Origin: Alphaproteobacteria bacterium
GTDB taxonomy: Bacteria; Pseudomonadota; Alphaproteobacteria; MPNO01
DNA: 64,000 nucleotides
Direction of reading: 5' to 3'
Assembly (NCBI GenBank): GCA_964291675.2
Contig: OZ219866.1
Location: 3,168,001-3,232,000, forward strand
Program-made: the position numbers and the translations under genes
The notes under the pieces: model-generated
Told to the model about the DNA's origin: nothing
The model's database searches: none
The model's input: only the letters and a program-made list of their open reading frames with translations
Shown: piece after piece, positions 1 through 10,425 of the stretch
Layout: every line of letters begins with the position of its first letter
How positions within the stretch are numbered: position 1 is the first letter of the stretch

Positions 1-1355
1 GCCTCCGGCAGGTATGGCGCCTGCGCGCCTTCGCGGTAGGGATCGACGCGCGCGGAGATCTCGCCCTCGGAGACCGCGCGGGTGCGGCTCAGGATCGCCA
101 CCACGACGGAGACGCCCACGCCCGAGCCGTAATTCCTAGCCAGGCTGGTCAGCGTCGACGCCTCGGTCCGATGTCGCGCGGGCAGGGTCTCGAAGGATAT
201 CACCGTGAGCGGCACCCAGATGAAGCCGATGCCGAGCCCGTTGACGAAGGCCGCCCAGGACACGTCGTAGAGGTCGACATCGGCCGAGAATGTCGAGAGA
301 TAATAGGACGAGACGGCGACGCAGGCGAAGCCGAGCGCGCACACCGGCCTGCCGTCGACATGGCGCACCAGCCACCCCGCCAGCAGCAGCGAGGCGAAGG
401 TGCCGAGACCGCGCGGCGCCATCACATAGCCCGCCGTGATCACCGGAAGACCCCGCAGGACTTGCAGGAACATCGGCAGGATCACGTTGAGCGCCAGCAC
501 GCAGACCCCGAGCAGGAACATGAAGGCGAGGCCGAGCACGAAGTTGCGGTCGGACAGGATGCCGCGCGAGATGAAGGGGGTGTCCGTGGTGAGCGAATGG
601 ACCGTGAAGACGTAGAGGCCGAGCACCACGATCGCCGCCTCGACGACGATCTCGGGCGAGTCGAACCAGCCCTCCTGCTCGCCCCGGTCGAGCAGGAGCT
701 GGAGCGCGGCAAGCGCGCAGGCGAGCGCGACGAAGCCGAACAGATCGAACGGCCGGTCCTGCTTCGCCAGGGTCTCCCGCATGAAGCCGAGGCCGAGCGC
801 GAGCCCGGCCAGCGCGAACGGGATGCCGATGAAGAAGATCCACTGCCAGCCGTAATTCTCGGTGACGAAGCCGCCGACCACGGGGCCCATGACGGGCGCG
901 AACATCACCCCGGTCCCCCAGATCGCGAGCGCCGAGCCGTGCCGTTCCGGCGGGTAGTTGTCGAGCATCAGCGCCTGCGAGATCGGGATCACCGGCGCGC
1001 TCATCGCCCCCTGGCAGGCGCGCCAGACCAGGATTTCGGGCAGCGAGGTGGCGCTGCCCGACAGCATCGAGAAGCCCATGAACCCGGCGAGCGCGAGCAG
1101 GAAGGTGCGCTTGCGCCCCAGCCTGCCCGCCACCCAGCCGGTGCATGCCGTGGAGATCGCCTGGCAGACGAAATAGGTCGTCATCACCCAGCCGATCTGG
1201 TCCTGGCTGGCACCCAGATTGCCCTGCATGTGCGGCAGGGCGATCGAGGCGATGGTCATGTCGAGGATGACGACCGTGGTCGCCATCATCACCGCGACGG
1301 TGACCATCGACCGCGCCAGATCGGATCGCCGCGGATCCGGCTCGCCTTCGGTCAT
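1..1355 (-). CDS. emrB: DHA2 family MFS efflux permease (EmrB/QacA), runs off the window start
   Basis: ATG at 1355 overlaps the HlyD stop (ATGA). Translation MTEGEP...VAVMMATTVVILDMTIASIALPHMQGNLGASQDQIGWVMTTYF...GRLGRKR has the EmrB N-terminal signature. Not in the ORF track because its stop lies outside the window. Confidence 0.9.
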   Translation of the reverse strand, partial: MTEGEPDPRRSDLARSMVTVAVMMATTVVILDMTIASIALPHMQGNLGASQDQIGWVMTTYFVCQAISTACTGWVAGRLGRKRTFLLALAGFMGFSMLSGSATSLPEILVWRACQGAMSAPVIPISQALMLDNYPPERHGSALAIWGTGVMFAPVMGPVVGGFVTENYGWQWIFFIGIPFALAGLALGLGFMRETLAKQDRPFDLFGFVALACALAALQLLLDRGEQEGWFDSPEIVVEAAIVVLGLYVFTVHSLTTDTPFISRGILSDRNFVLGLAFMFLLGVCVLALNVILPMFLQVLRGLPVITAGYVMAPRGLGTFASLLLAGWLVRHVDGRPVCALGFACVAVSSYYLSTFSADVDLYDVSWAAFVNGLGIGFIWVPLTVISFETLPARHRTEASTLTSLARNYGSGVGVSVVVAILSRTRAVSEGEISARVDPYREGAQAPYLPE

Positions 1356-2413
1356 TTCCCCGGCGCCATGAAGGCGAGCGCCGAGCCCACCGCGTCGAAC
1401 AGCGTCACCTCGCGCCCGGTGTCGATGCTGACCGACACCGTGGCCCCCGCCGGCATGGCGAAGGGCCGCCCGGTGCCGCCGTCGATCTCCAGCCGCACCG
1501 GCACCCGCTGGACGATCTTGACCCAGTTGCCCGACGCGTTCTGCGGCGGCAGCACGGAGAGCTCGGCGCCGGTCGAGGGGCTGATGCTGGCGACCCGGGC
1601 GCGCCACGACAGCTCCGGGAAGGCGTCGACCACGATCTCCGCCGGCTGGCCGACCCGGACATGGGTGAGCTGGGTCTCCTTGAGATTGGCCTCCACCCAG
1701 GCCCGGCCGGTCTCGATCAGCGGCATCACCGGCCTGCCGGCATCGACATACTCGCCCCGTTGCAGCCGCACCCGGCCGATCGTCCCGTCCGCCGGCGCCC
1801 GGATCACGGTGCGTCTCACGTCGATCTCCGCCCGGTCGCGCGCGGCCAGCGCCTCGCGGAATTGCGGGCTTTGCTCGGCCTCGATCCCGGGCGCGCCGCC
1901 GAGCTCGGCGAGGATGGCGAGACCCTTCTGGCGCACCGTGCCGGCGCGCTGGCGGGCGGCGATCAGGTTCCGCTCCGCCTCCTCGAACCGGGTGCGCGAG
2001 GCGTGGCCGCGTCCGGCAAGCTTCTCCTGCCGGTCGAAGATGCGCTGGCGATAGGCGACCTCCTGCTCGGCCTCCCGCAGCTCCTCCCGGGCGCCGCGCC
2101 AGGACGCGCGCAGCGCGACCATCCGGTTGCGCACCGCAGCCAGCCTGGCATCGGCCTCGGCGAGCGCGACGCGAAACGGTTCCGCGTCGATCGAGAAGAT
2201 CGCATCGCCCGCCCGGATGGCCGCGTTCTCCGCCACGAAGACATCGGCGACCCGGCCCGGGATCTCGGCGCTGATCTGGATCACGTTGGCCTTCACATAG
2301 GCGTTCTCGGTGGTCACGTAGCGACCCGACGCGACCCAGTAATGCGCGCTCACGACAATGGCCGCGGCCGGCACGACGACGAGCAGGACTATGCGAAGCA
2401 GCGCGCGCCTCAC
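1352..2413 (-). CDS. emrA: HlyD/EmrA family membrane fusion protein
   Basis: N-terminal TM segment, TENAYV, and the PPQNASGNWVKIVQRVPVR motif. Confidence 0.92.
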   Translation of the reverse strand: MRRALLRIVLLVVVPAAAIVVSAHYWVASGRYVTTENAYVKANVIQISAEIPGRVADVFVAENAAIRAGDAIFSIDAEPFRVALAEADARLAAVRNRMVALRASWRGAREELREAEQEVAYRQRIFDRQEKLAGRGHASRTRFEEAERNLIAARQRAGTVRQKGLAILAELGGAPGIEAEQSPQFREALAARDRAEIDVRRTVIRAPADGTIGRVRLQRGEYVDAGRPVMPLIETGRAWVEANLKETQLTHVRVGQPAEIVVDAFPELSWRARVASISPSTGAELSVLPPQNASGNWVKIVQRVPVRLEIDGGTGRPFAMPAGATVSVSIDTGREVTLFDAVGSALAFMAPGK

Positions 2414-2554
2414 CCCGCGGTTTCCTTCTCCAGCCTGTTGCGGAAGGAGTCCGGGCCGGGCCCGGAAACCGTTAGATTACTAACATTCTCCTTCCCGGCA
2501 AAGCGCGCAGAGGTCGGGCGCGTGCCGCCGTTTCGACCGGATCCCCGCCGGAGG

Positions 2555-2970
2555 CCACTGCTGTCCGGATTAGATGGGCTGGACGGGGCGCAAAGCCTTG
2601 TTCCGGGCGGGATATCGGCGCATCCGCCGGATCGGGACACGGATCGCCGCACGCCCGCACTTGCCGTCCCTGCCCCTCCGTTGTCACCCCGGCCTCGTTC
2701 CGGGCACCCACGGGCGGGGCGGGCCGCACCCGGCTCCCGTACTCCTCCACCGCCACCCCCACCCCGTCATGGCCGGACTTGATCCGGCCACCCATGCGCG
2801 GACTTGATCCGCGCAACCACTGGCGCCACCGGTACAACGCCCCGTCCGGAGGAGCGGCGGCGCCAGTGGATGCCCGGATCAAGTCCGGGCATGACGATGG
2901 GGGGAGGCATGGCGCTGGGCGGGGAACGCCGGGCGCGACCCGCGTCGAAGGCTAAACCGGACAGCAGTGG
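2555..2970. mobile_element. MITE-like element, copy 1 (416 bp), containing internal REP palindromes
   Basis: TIRs CCACTGCTGTCCGGATTAG (2555-2573) and CTAAACCGGACAGCAGTGG (2952-2970) match 18/19. The first ~140 bp are homologous (inverted) to 44670-44813 and 46900-47032. Confidence 0.7.
2766..2895. repeat. Inverted pair of REP-like palindromes, class 1 (GTCATGGCCGGACTTGATCCGGCCA)
   Basis: Units at 2766-2794 and 2866-2895 (inverted). The same motif recurs near 44515/44815-44830, 45540-45695 and 47031-47110. Confidence 0.75.
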
Positions 2971-3087
2971 AACGAGTCCGGCCATGGCGGAGAAGGCCGG
3001 AGATGACGGGTGGCGGGCCGCGGATGTTGTCCGCGAGCCCCGCGGGCGTATTATTGGCCGGGGACGCAGAGGACGGGTTGCGAGACG

Positions 3088-3933
3088 GTGAGCCTGCGCA
3101 TCGAAAAGCTGCATGAGGCGATCGGCGCCGAGGTGATCGGCGTCGACCTGGCGCGGCCGCTCGGCGCGGCCGAGATCGCCGGGATCGAGGCCGCCTGGCT
3201 GGAGCATGTCGTGCTGGTGTTCCGCGGCCAGGAGCTCGACCAGGAGGCGCAGCTCCGCTTCGCCGGCCAGTTCGGCACGCTCGGCGAGCGGTCGAGGCCG
3301 GCCGAGATCAGGCCGGAGGGGGCCGATTTCCACCCCGCCGTCATGCTGGTGTCCAATATCCGCGAGAACGGCAGGCCGATCGGCTCGCTGCCCGACGGCG
3401 AGATGTGGTTCCACCACGACATGTGCTACGTGGCCGAGCCCTATCGCGGCACCATGCTGTACGCGATCGACATCCCGAGCCGCGGCGGCAACACGCTGTT
3501 CGCCAACATGTACGCGGCCTATGACCGGCTCGATGCCGCGACGAAGGCGCGAATCGCCGGCGCCCGCGCGCTCCAGATCTACAACTACTCGGTCACCGAG
3601 AAGGTCTCGCTTGACGCCGACCTCGACGATTACCCGCATTTCGTCCAGCCGGTGGCGATCGCCCATCCGCGGACCGGCCGCAAGGCGCTCTACGTCAATC
3701 CGCTGATCACCGCGCGGATCGAGGGGCTGCCCGAGGCCGAGAGCGACGCCCTGCTGGAAGAGCTGTTCGGCTTCACCGAAGATCGCGGGCTGATCTACGA
3801 GCATGTGTGGCGCGAGGGCGACCTGGTGATGTGGGACAACTGGTGCTCGTGCCACGCGCGCACGGACTTCCCGGAGAACGAGCGCCGCCTGCTCCGGCGG
3901 TGCACCATCCTCGGCGAGGCGCTGGCCGAATAG
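3088..3933 (+). CDS. TauD/TfdA family Fe(II)/2-oxoglutarate dioxygenase
   Basis: GAEVIGVDL, HHD facial-triad motif, GGNTLFAN, HPRTGRKALYVN, WDN...HAR. GTG start at 3088 inferred. Confidence 0.92.
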   Translation: MSLRIEKLHEAIGAEVIGVDLARPLGAAEIAGIEAAWLEHVVLVFRGQELDQEAQLRFAGQFGTLGERSRPAEIRPEGADFHPAVMLVSNIRENGRPIGSLPDGEMWFHHDMCYVAEPYRGTMLYAIDIPSRGGNTLFANMYAAYDRLDAATKARIAGARALQIYNYSVTEKVSLDADLDDYPHFVQPVAIAHPRTGRKALYVNPLITARIEGLPEAESDALLEELFGFTEDRGLIYEHVWREGDLVMWDNWCSCHARTDFPENERRLLRRCTILGEALAE

Positions 3934-3944
3934 GAGGGCAGGAG

Positions 3945-4790
3945 ATGGCCTTGAGAACCAGGAAGCTTTCCCCGCATATCGGCGTCGAGGTCATGGATAT
4001 CGACCTCGCGAGGAGGCCGGACGAGGCGACGATCCGCGAGATCTACCGGCTCTGGCTCGACCACATCATGGTGGTCTTTCGCGGCCAGTCGCTCGACCAG
4101 GAGAGGCTGCTCCAGGTCACCTCCTATTTCGGCACGCCCGGCGCCAACGCCAGGCCCAGGGAATACCGCACCTCGGGCCAGCACGACATGCTGCCCGGCA
4201 TCATGCTGATCAGCAACATCCGGGCCAACGGCGAGCCGATCGGCGCGCTCCCCGACGGCGACATGATGTTCCACCACGACATGATCCACGCCGACGTGCC
4301 CGACAAGGCGACCTGCCTGTATGCGGTGGAGATCCCGTCGGAGGGCGGCAACACGCTGTTCGCCAGCGGCTACGCGGCCTACGAGACGCTCGACGCCGGA
4401 CTCCGCGACTCGCTCGAGGGCAGGCGCGCCTTCCACCACTACAATTACGGCTCGCAGCACCGCGGCGACGACATCGGCACGCCGGCCTTCTCCGAGGCCG
4501 AGCACCCGGTGTTCCGCACCCATCCGGAGACCGGCCGCAAGGCGGTCTATGTCGACCGGCTGATCACCGCCTCGATCGTCGGCATGGAGGAAGACGAGAG
4601 CGAGGCCGCGCTCACCCGGCTGTTCGACCATTCGGAGAAGGACGAGTTCGTCTACGAACATGTCTGGCAGAAGGGCGATCTGCTGCTCTGGGACAACCGC
4701 TGCTCGATGCATGCCAGGCGCGACTTTCCGTCCACCGAGCGGCGCCTGTTGTGGCGCACCACGGTGAGCAGCGAAGACCGGCCGGCCTGA
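3945..4790 (+). CDS. TauD/TfdA family dioxygenase (paralog of the upstream gene)
   Basis: FHHD, GGNTLFAS, HPETGRKAVYV, WDNRCSMHAR. ATG at 3945 follows a GGAGGG RBS. Confidence 0.92.
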   Translation: MALRTRKLSPHIGVEVMDIDLARRPDEATIREIYRLWLDHIMVVFRGQSLDQERLLQVTSYFGTPGANARPREYRTSGQHDMLPGIMLISNIRANGEPIGALPDGDMMFHHDMIHADVPDKATCLYAVEIPSEGGNTLFASGYAAYETLDAGLRDSLEGRRAFHHYNYGSQHRGDDIGTPAFSEAEHPVFRTHPETGRKAVYVDRLITASIVGMEEDESEAALTRLFDHSEKDEFVYEHVWQKGDLLLWDNRCSMHARRDFPSTERRLLWRTTVSSEDRPA

Positions 4791-4800
4791 GGGCGCGCCG

Positions 4801-5613
4801 GTGGGCAAGGCTCTGAGCGCGGCCGAGGTCGAGCGCTATCGCCGGGACGGCTTCGTGTTCCCGGTCCGCATCATGGACCGGGCCGCGGCGGATGCGCTGC
4901 GCGCGCGCTTCGATGCGCTCGAAGCCGAGACCGGGGCGGAGCCGCAGAGCCGCTTCAAGATCAAGGCCCACATGCCGCTCACCTGGCTGAACGAGCTGGT
5001 GCGCAACCCGGCGATGCTGGATGCGGTGGAGGACCTGATCGGTCCCGACATCTTGTGCTGGGGCTCGTCGTTCTTCACCAAGAAGGCGCGCGACCCGCGC
5101 TTCGTCTCGTGGCATCAGGATTCCACCTATTACGGGCTGCGCCCGGCCGAGACCGTCACCACCTGGGTCGCGTTTACCGACAGCCGGATCGAGCAGGGCT
5201 GCGTCCGCTTCGTGCCCGGGACCCATCGCGACGGCATCCTCGACCACGAGGAGACGATGGACCCGCAGAACCTGCTGATGAAGGGCCAGACCATCGCCGG
5301 GGTGGACGAGAGCCGCGCGGTCGATTGCGAGCTCTCCGCCGGCGAGATCTCGATCCACCACGAATCGGTGGTGCACGGCTCCAACCCCAATAGCTCGGAC
5401 AAGCCGAGGATCGGGCTCTCGATCCACTACGTCGCGCCGCATGTCCGCCAGACCGCGTTCGAGGGCGCCTCCGCCCTGGTGGTGCGGGGCCGCGACACGC
5501 ACGGCCACTGGGAGCCCGAGCCCGAGCCGCGGCACGACCTCGACCCGGTCTGTCTCGCCGCCCTCGACGAGGTCTACGCCCAGTACCGCAGCGGCCGGGG
5601 CAAGCGGGGCTGA
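4801..5613 (+). CDS. Phytanoyl-CoA dioxygenase (PhyH) family protein
   Basis: YRRDGF, WHQD, GCVRFVPGTH, HGSNPNSSDKPRIG. Confidence 0.9.
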   Translation: MGKALSAAEVERYRRDGFVFPVRIMDRAAADALRARFDALEAETGAEPQSRFKIKAHMPLTWLNELVRNPAMLDAVEDLIGPDILCWGSSFFTKKARDPRFVSWHQDSTYYGLRPAETVTTWVAFTDSRIEQGCVRFVPGTHRDGILDHEETMDPQNLLMKGQTIAGVDESRAVDCELSAGEISIHHESVVHGSNPNSSDKPRIGLSIHYVAPHVRQTAFEGASALVVRGRDTHGHWEPEPEPRHDLDPVCLAALDEVYAQYRSGRGKRG

Positions 5614-5700
5614 GGCGGGCGATTCCATCTGGCACCGACAGGTCCGGGTGTATAGGTTGCCCGGATCGTGCCGTGCGTCCGATACAGGGAGAAACCGAAC

Positions 5701-6786
5701 ATGTCATCGTCCAGCAAGTTGAAATCGCTCGCCTTCGGCGTCGCCGCCCTCGGCCTGGCCGCGGCGGTACCGGTCTCGGCGGTCGACGCCAAGTCGTTCA
5801 CGCTGCGCATCGGCGCCGGCCAGGCGATGAAGCCGCTCGAGCCGATCTTCATGGCGAGCACCTATTTCGTGCCCACCGTCAAGGCGCGGGTCGAGAAGGA
5901 GACCGACCACAAGATCCGCTTCATCGAGGCCTATGGCGGCACCGTCGCCGGGCCGTTCGATGTGCTGGAGTCGGTCGAGAAGGGGCTGTTCGACATCGGC
6001 CTCTGGTGCGCCTGCTTCGAGCCCACCAAGGCGGTCCATTTCGCCTTCCACTACTTCGTGCCGTTCGTCACCGACGATCCGGTGTTGCAGGACAAGATCA
6101 CCCGGAAGACCTACAAGCAGTTCCCGGCGTGGACCGAGTCGCTGCACAAGTATAACCAGAAGTGGCTCGGCGCCGGCACGTTCTCGTCCTACGGGCTCGG
6201 CACCAAGTTCAAGTGGTCCAAGATGTCCGACCTCAAGGGCCGCAAGATCGCCGGCGCCGGCCCCAACCTGCCGTGGCTGAAACTGTCCGGGGCGACCGCC
6301 GTCCAGACCAGCCTGAACGAGTCCTACAACTCGCTCCAGTCGGGCGTCTATGAGGGGCTGGTGATCTTCCCGACCGCCTGGCTCGGCTTCAAGCTCAACG
6401 AGCCGGCGAAGGTGTTCACCGTGGTCGGCTGGGGCTCGACGTCGCTCTACCAGATGACGATGAACCTCAAGAGCTACAACAAGCTGCCGCCCGAGGTGCG
6501 GAAGATCATCGACGAGGAGTCAGAGATCTGGATGGACAAGTCGGCCCAGGAATCCTCCAGGCGCTTCGATGCCTCGCTCAAGAAGCTCAAGGAGACCGGC
6601 AGCACGATCCAGTACTTGCCCCCCGAGGAGCGCGCCAAGATGGCCGCGGCGCTCGGCGACTGGCCGAAGCAGAACGCCAAGAAGTTCGACGGCCAGGGCC
6701 TGCCCGGCACCGCGCTGATGAAGGCCTATCTCGCGAACGCGGAAGCCGCCGGCATCAAGCTGCCGCACAAATACGATCTCGACTAG
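5701..6786 (+). CDS. dctP: TRAP transporter substrate-binding protein (DctP family)
   Basis: Signal peptide, EAYGGTV, DLKGRKI, YNSLQSGV, YNKLPPEVRKII. Confidence 0.85.
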   Translation: MSSSSKLKSLAFGVAALGLAAAVPVSAVDAKSFTLRIGAGQAMKPLEPIFMASTYFVPTVKARVEKETDHKIRFIEAYGGTVAGPFDVLESVEKGLFDIGLWCACFEPTKAVHFAFHYFVPFVTDDPVLQDKITRKTYKQFPAWTESLHKYNQKWLGAGTFSSYGLGTKFKWSKMSDLKGRKIAGAGPNLPWLKLSGATAVQTSLNESYNSLQSGVYEGLVIFPTAWLGFKLNEPAKVFTVVGWGSTSLYQMTMNLKSYNKLPPEVRKIIDEESEIWMDKSAQESSRRFDASLKKLKETGSTIQYLPPEERAKMAAALGDWPKQNAKKFDGQGLPGTALMKAYLANAEAAGIKLPHKYDLD

Positions 6787-6866
6787 CGCCGGATCGTTCG
6801 GGCGCGCCGCCCCCGCCCGCGCGGCGGGGGCGGCCGCGACAGGCGTCAAGAAACGGGGAACGCAGC

Positions 6867-7862
6867 ATGATAAGGGCGGCGGTCGTCGGCCTCGGCTGGT
6901 GGGGCCAGCGGATCTGGAGCTCTCTCCAGGGAAGCGAGCGGATCGAGGTCGTGCGGGGGATGGATGTGACCTTCGACCACCTCGCCGAATTCGCCGAGCG
7001 GTCGGGGCTCCCGCTCACCCGGAGCTACGCGGAGGTGCTCGAGGATGCAGCCGTCGACGCGGTGATCCTCACCACCCCGCACGGGCTGCACGAGGAGCAG
7101 GTGGTCGCCGCTGCCGAGGCCGGAAAGCGGATCTTCTGCGAGAAGCCGCTGGCGCTCAACGGCGCATCGGCGGCCCGCATGCTGGAGGCGTGCACCGCGC
7201 GCGGGATCCTGCTCGGCATCGGCCACGAACGGCGCTACGAGCCGGCGCTGATCGAGGTCAAGCGCATGGTCGACGACGGCGAGATCGGGACGCTGCGCCA
7301 TCTGGAGGTCAACTGGTCCTACAGCCTGTTGGCGGGGGCCGCGACGGCGGCCTGGCGCCAGGACCCGGCGCAGGCGCCGGCGGGGCTGATGACCGCGGTC
7401 GGCGTTCACATCACCGACTACCTGCAAAGCATCGCCGGACCCGTCGCCGCGGTGGGCGCGACGCTCAGGCGGCACCGCGAGGACCGGCCCTCCGATGCGA
7501 CGCTCTCGGTCCAGTTCGACTTCGCCTCCGGCGCGACCGGCTATATGTGCAATATCGGGCCGACGCCCTACTACCAGCGGATCACGCTGTTCGGCGACCG
7601 GGGCTGGGTCGAGCACCGCGAGACCGCCCACATCCAGGACCCCGACCCCGCGCTGGTGACCTGGCGGGGAGAGGACGAGGAGATCTGGTCGCGGACCTTC
7701 GATCCGATCGACCAGGTGCGCGCCAATCTCGAAGCCTGGGCGGCGGCGGTCGAGGACGGCGCGGCGTACAAGTTCACCGACCGGCAGAAGGTCCACAATG
7801 TCGAGATCCTGGAGGCGATCGTGAAGTCGACCGAGTCCGGTCGCACCGAGACGGTCGGGTAG
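6867..7862 (+). CDS. Gfo/Idh/MocA family NAD(P)-dependent oxidoreductase
   Basis: VVGLGWWG Rossmann start, TPHGLH, CEKPLA, GVHITD. Confidence 0.9.
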   Translation: MIRAAVVGLGWWGQRIWSSLQGSERIEVVRGMDVTFDHLAEFAERSGLPLTRSYAEVLEDAAVDAVILTTPHGLHEEQVVAAAEAGKRIFCEKPLALNGASAARMLEACTARGILLGIGHERRYEPALIEVKRMVDDGEIGTLRHLEVNWSYSLLAGAATAAWRQDPAQAPAGLMTAVGVHITDYLQSIAGPVAAVGATLRRHREDRPSDATLSVQFDFASGATGYMCNIGPTPYYQRITLFGDRGWVEHRETAHIQDPDPALVTWRGEDEEIWSRTFDPIDQVRANLEAWAAAVEDGAAYKFTDRQKVHNVEILEAIVKSTESGRTETVG

Positions 7863-7868
7863 GGGCCG

Positions 7869-9170
7869 TCAGCGGGTCAGGAAGGTGGCGGTGACCGGCC
7901 AGATCCAGATCACCACCATGACGATCAGCATCAGGATCCAGTAGGGGATCGAGCCGCCAAAGATCTCCTTCAGCGTGACCGAGGGGTCGGGCACCGCCCC
8001 CTTGACGGTGTAGACCAGGAGGCCGAAGGGCGGGGTCAGCAGGCCGGCCTCGATGGCGAGGATCCCGAAGATCGCAAACGCATAGGTGTTCCAGCCGCCG
8101 GCCTCCGCCAGCGGCCAGAAGATCGGCACCGTCAAGAGGATGATCGAGATCGAATCGATCAGCGTTCCCATGGCGAGCCAGATCAGGATCATCAGGATGG
8201 TCACGCCGAACGGGCCCAGCCCCATGCCGTCGATGAAGTCCTGGATCACCCCGATGATGCCGCCGAGCGCCAAGAACTTGGCGTACATCGAGGCGGTCAT
8301 CAGGAGGAACAGGATCGGCGCGATGGTCTTGCCCGAATCGATGATCGCCGTGCGGTAGTCCAGCCATTTCAGCCTTTTCATCGCCGAGAAGAGCAGCGCC
8401 CCGCCGCAGCCGACGGCCGCCGATTCGGACGGCGTGAACAGCCCCGCGAACAGCCCGCCGAGGACCAGCAGGATCAGCGCGACCACGCCGAGCCCGCTCA
8501 CCACCTCGGCCAAAGTGGGCGGCTCCTCCGCCAGCGCATCCATGCTCGGCGCCGCCTCCGGCCGGAACCTGGCGTAGCCCGCGCAGTAGAGGCCCATCAG
8601 CGCGGCCAGGATCACGCCCGGGATGAAGCCGGCCAGGAACAGCTTGCCGATCGACTCCTCGATCACGATCCCCCAGACGATCAGCAGCACGCTCGGCGGG
8701 ATCAGCATGCCGAGGCTGGAAGACCCGGCGATCGCGCCGAGCGCATAGGACCGGTTGTAGCCGAAGCGCCGCATCTCCGGGTAGGAGATGCGCGAGAACG
8801 CCATCGCCGAGGCGATGCTGACCCCGGTCACCGCGGCGAAGACCGCGTTGCCGAACACGGTGGCCACGGCCAGCCGGCCCGGCAGCGCGCGCAGGAAATA
8901 GTTGCAGATCTTGTAGAGGTCGCGCGCCATGCCCGATCTCGACATGAACTCGCCCATCAGCACGAACAGCGGGATCGCCGCGAAGACCGAGTTGCGCAGC
9001 ACCGCATAGGCCGCCTGGTTGGCGAGCTCCATGGTGATGGCGAGGTCGTCGAACAGCAGGAAGGTGCCGCCGAGCGAGACCATCCCGAGCACGATGCCGA
9101 TATGCAGCCCGGCGACGACCAGGCCGATCAGCGCGACCAGGATGATGACGAGGACGACCTCTGGCTCCAA
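7869..9170 (-). CDS. dctM: TRAP transporter large permease
   Basis: AIPLFVLMG, GMLIPPS, FTPSES, LTPPFGL. Confidence 0.92.
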   Translation of the reverse strand: MEPEVVLVIILVALIGLVVAGLHIGIVLGMVSLGGTFLLFDDLAITMELANQAAYAVLRNSVFAAIPLFVLMGEFMSRSGMARDLYKICNYFLRALPGRLAVATVFGNAVFAAVTGVSIASAMAFSRISYPEMRRFGYNRSYALGAIAGSSSLGMLIPPSVLLIVWGIVIEESIGKLFLAGFIPGVILAALMGLYCAGYARFRPEAAPSMDALAEEPPTLAEVVSGLGVVALILLVLGGLFAGLFTPSESAAVGCGGALLFSAMKRLKWLDYRTAIIDSGKTIAPILFLLMTASMYAKFLALGGIIGVIQDFIDGMGLGPFGVTILMILIWLAMGTLIDSISIILLTVPIFWPLAEAGGWNTYAFAIFGILAIEAGLLTPPFGLLVYTVKGAVPDPSVTLKEIFGGSIPYWILMLIVMVVIWIWPVTATFLTR

Positions 9171-9200
9171 GATGCTCTCCCCGGCGCGGCTGCCGCGCGC

Positions 9201-9728
9201 CTATGCGGGTTCCGCTTCCGCCTTGCCGGTGACGGCGACGTAGAACAGTTGCACGTAGATCAGCGCGCAGATCGCGCTGAAGGCGAGGATCAGCGTTCGC
9301 ACCGGGTAGATCGGCACCTCGAACGCGCCGGCGCCCTCGATCTCCCGGACCTCCCAGCTCACGATCATCGCGTCCCAGCCGCCGAAGATGATGGCGAGGA
9401 ACAGCGCCGCCCCGAGCAGATAGGACGCGCAGTCGATGACGCGGCGCGGAATCCTGGAAACCGCGTAGTAGACGATGGTGGTGCGCAGCATCGCGCCGCG
9501 CTTGATGGTCGACGGAAGCTCGAGGAACAGGATGCCGACGATCGAGTTGCCGACGATCTCGTGGGTGCCGAGGAACGGCGTGTTGAACAGCTCGCGGCCG
9601 ATGATGTCGTAGAGGAAGATCGCGGCCAGCAGCAGGATCCAGAACGCCGAGATCGTGCTCAGCGTCTCCGTCGCCCGCGTGACGAAGTCGGGCCTTGCCC
9701 CCTGCGCGGTGTCCGGATCGTCCGCCAA
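9201..9728 (-). CDS. dctQ: TRAP transporter small permease
   Basis: About four TM helices, DIIGRELFNTPFLGTHEIV. Start uncertain (TTG 9728 or ATG 9779). Confidence 0.85.
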   Translation of the reverse strand: MADDPDTAQGARPDFVTRATETLSTISAFWILLLAAIFLYDIIGRELFNTPFLGTHEIVGNSIVGILFLELPSTIKRGAMLRTTIVYYAVSRIPRRVIDCASYLLGAALFLAIIFGGWDAMIVSWEVREIEGAGAFEVPIYPVRTLILAFSAICALIYVQLFYVAVTGKAEAEPA

Positions 9729-9844
9729 CGGCCTCGCCTCCCTGCCCGTTGCACAGTAGAGGGATGGATTGGCATGCACAAATTCCTTCCCCCACCGGGC
9801 GCCCTCGCGCCATGATAGGGCAGACCAGCGAATGGAGGAGGGAG

Positions 9845-10423
9845 ATGGCGAATTCGATCCACACGCCGAGCAAGGCGGAGTTCGAGAGCCGCATCGGCAG
9901 GTTCGAGGATTTGAAGCCGATGTCGACCGCGGGCGAGATCGGCTGGGTCGGGCAGGACGCGATGGACATCATCTTCGCCCGCAAGCTGATGCCGGTCATC
10001 CTGGACGACGACACCAAGAACCCGTTCGGCAGCGACGCGCCGATCTTCGGCGCCGCCGGCTCGACCATGTTCATCTCGATCATGCCGCCGGGGCAGGGGC
10101 CCTGCCTGCACTCGCACAACACCACCTTCGAGACCTTCATGGTGCTGCAGGGCGAGATCGAATACTACGTCGGCGAGCCCGTCGAGCACCGGGCGCGGCT
10201 CGGCAAGTGGGACACCTTCTCCTGCCCGCCCGGCGTCTATCGCGGGTTCCACAATGTCGGCGACATCGACGCGGTTCAGCTCACCGTAATCACCGGGCTC
10301 GGCGAAGACCGGGACGACGTCTCGATGCCCGACTCCATCGCCCGGCAGATCGAGGGCGCGCACGGCGACAAGGTGCTCGAAGCGATCCAGGGCGTGTTCC
10401 ACTTCGACCCGCCGGCGGCCTGA
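9845..10423 (+). CDS. Cupin domain protein
   Basis: PGQGPCLHSH...ETFMVLQG...PPGVYRGF cupin motifs. RBS GGAG precedes ATG 9845. Confidence 0.85.
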   Translation: MANSIHTPSKAEFESRIGRFEDLKPMSTAGEIGWVGQDAMDIIFARKLMPVILDDDTKNPFGSDAPIFGAAGSTMFISIMPPGQGPCLHSHNTTFETFMVLQGEIEYYVGEPVEHRARLGKWDTFSCPPGVYRGFHNVGDIDAVQLTVITGLGEDRDDVSMPDSIARQIEGAHGDKVLEAIQGVFHFDPPAA

Positions 10424-10425
10424 CC

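Noticed and set aside
2410-3087. Short ORFs in the emrA-tauD intergenic region and at 44465-44960
   Set aside because: They are translations of REP/MITE repeats, with no independent coding evidence.
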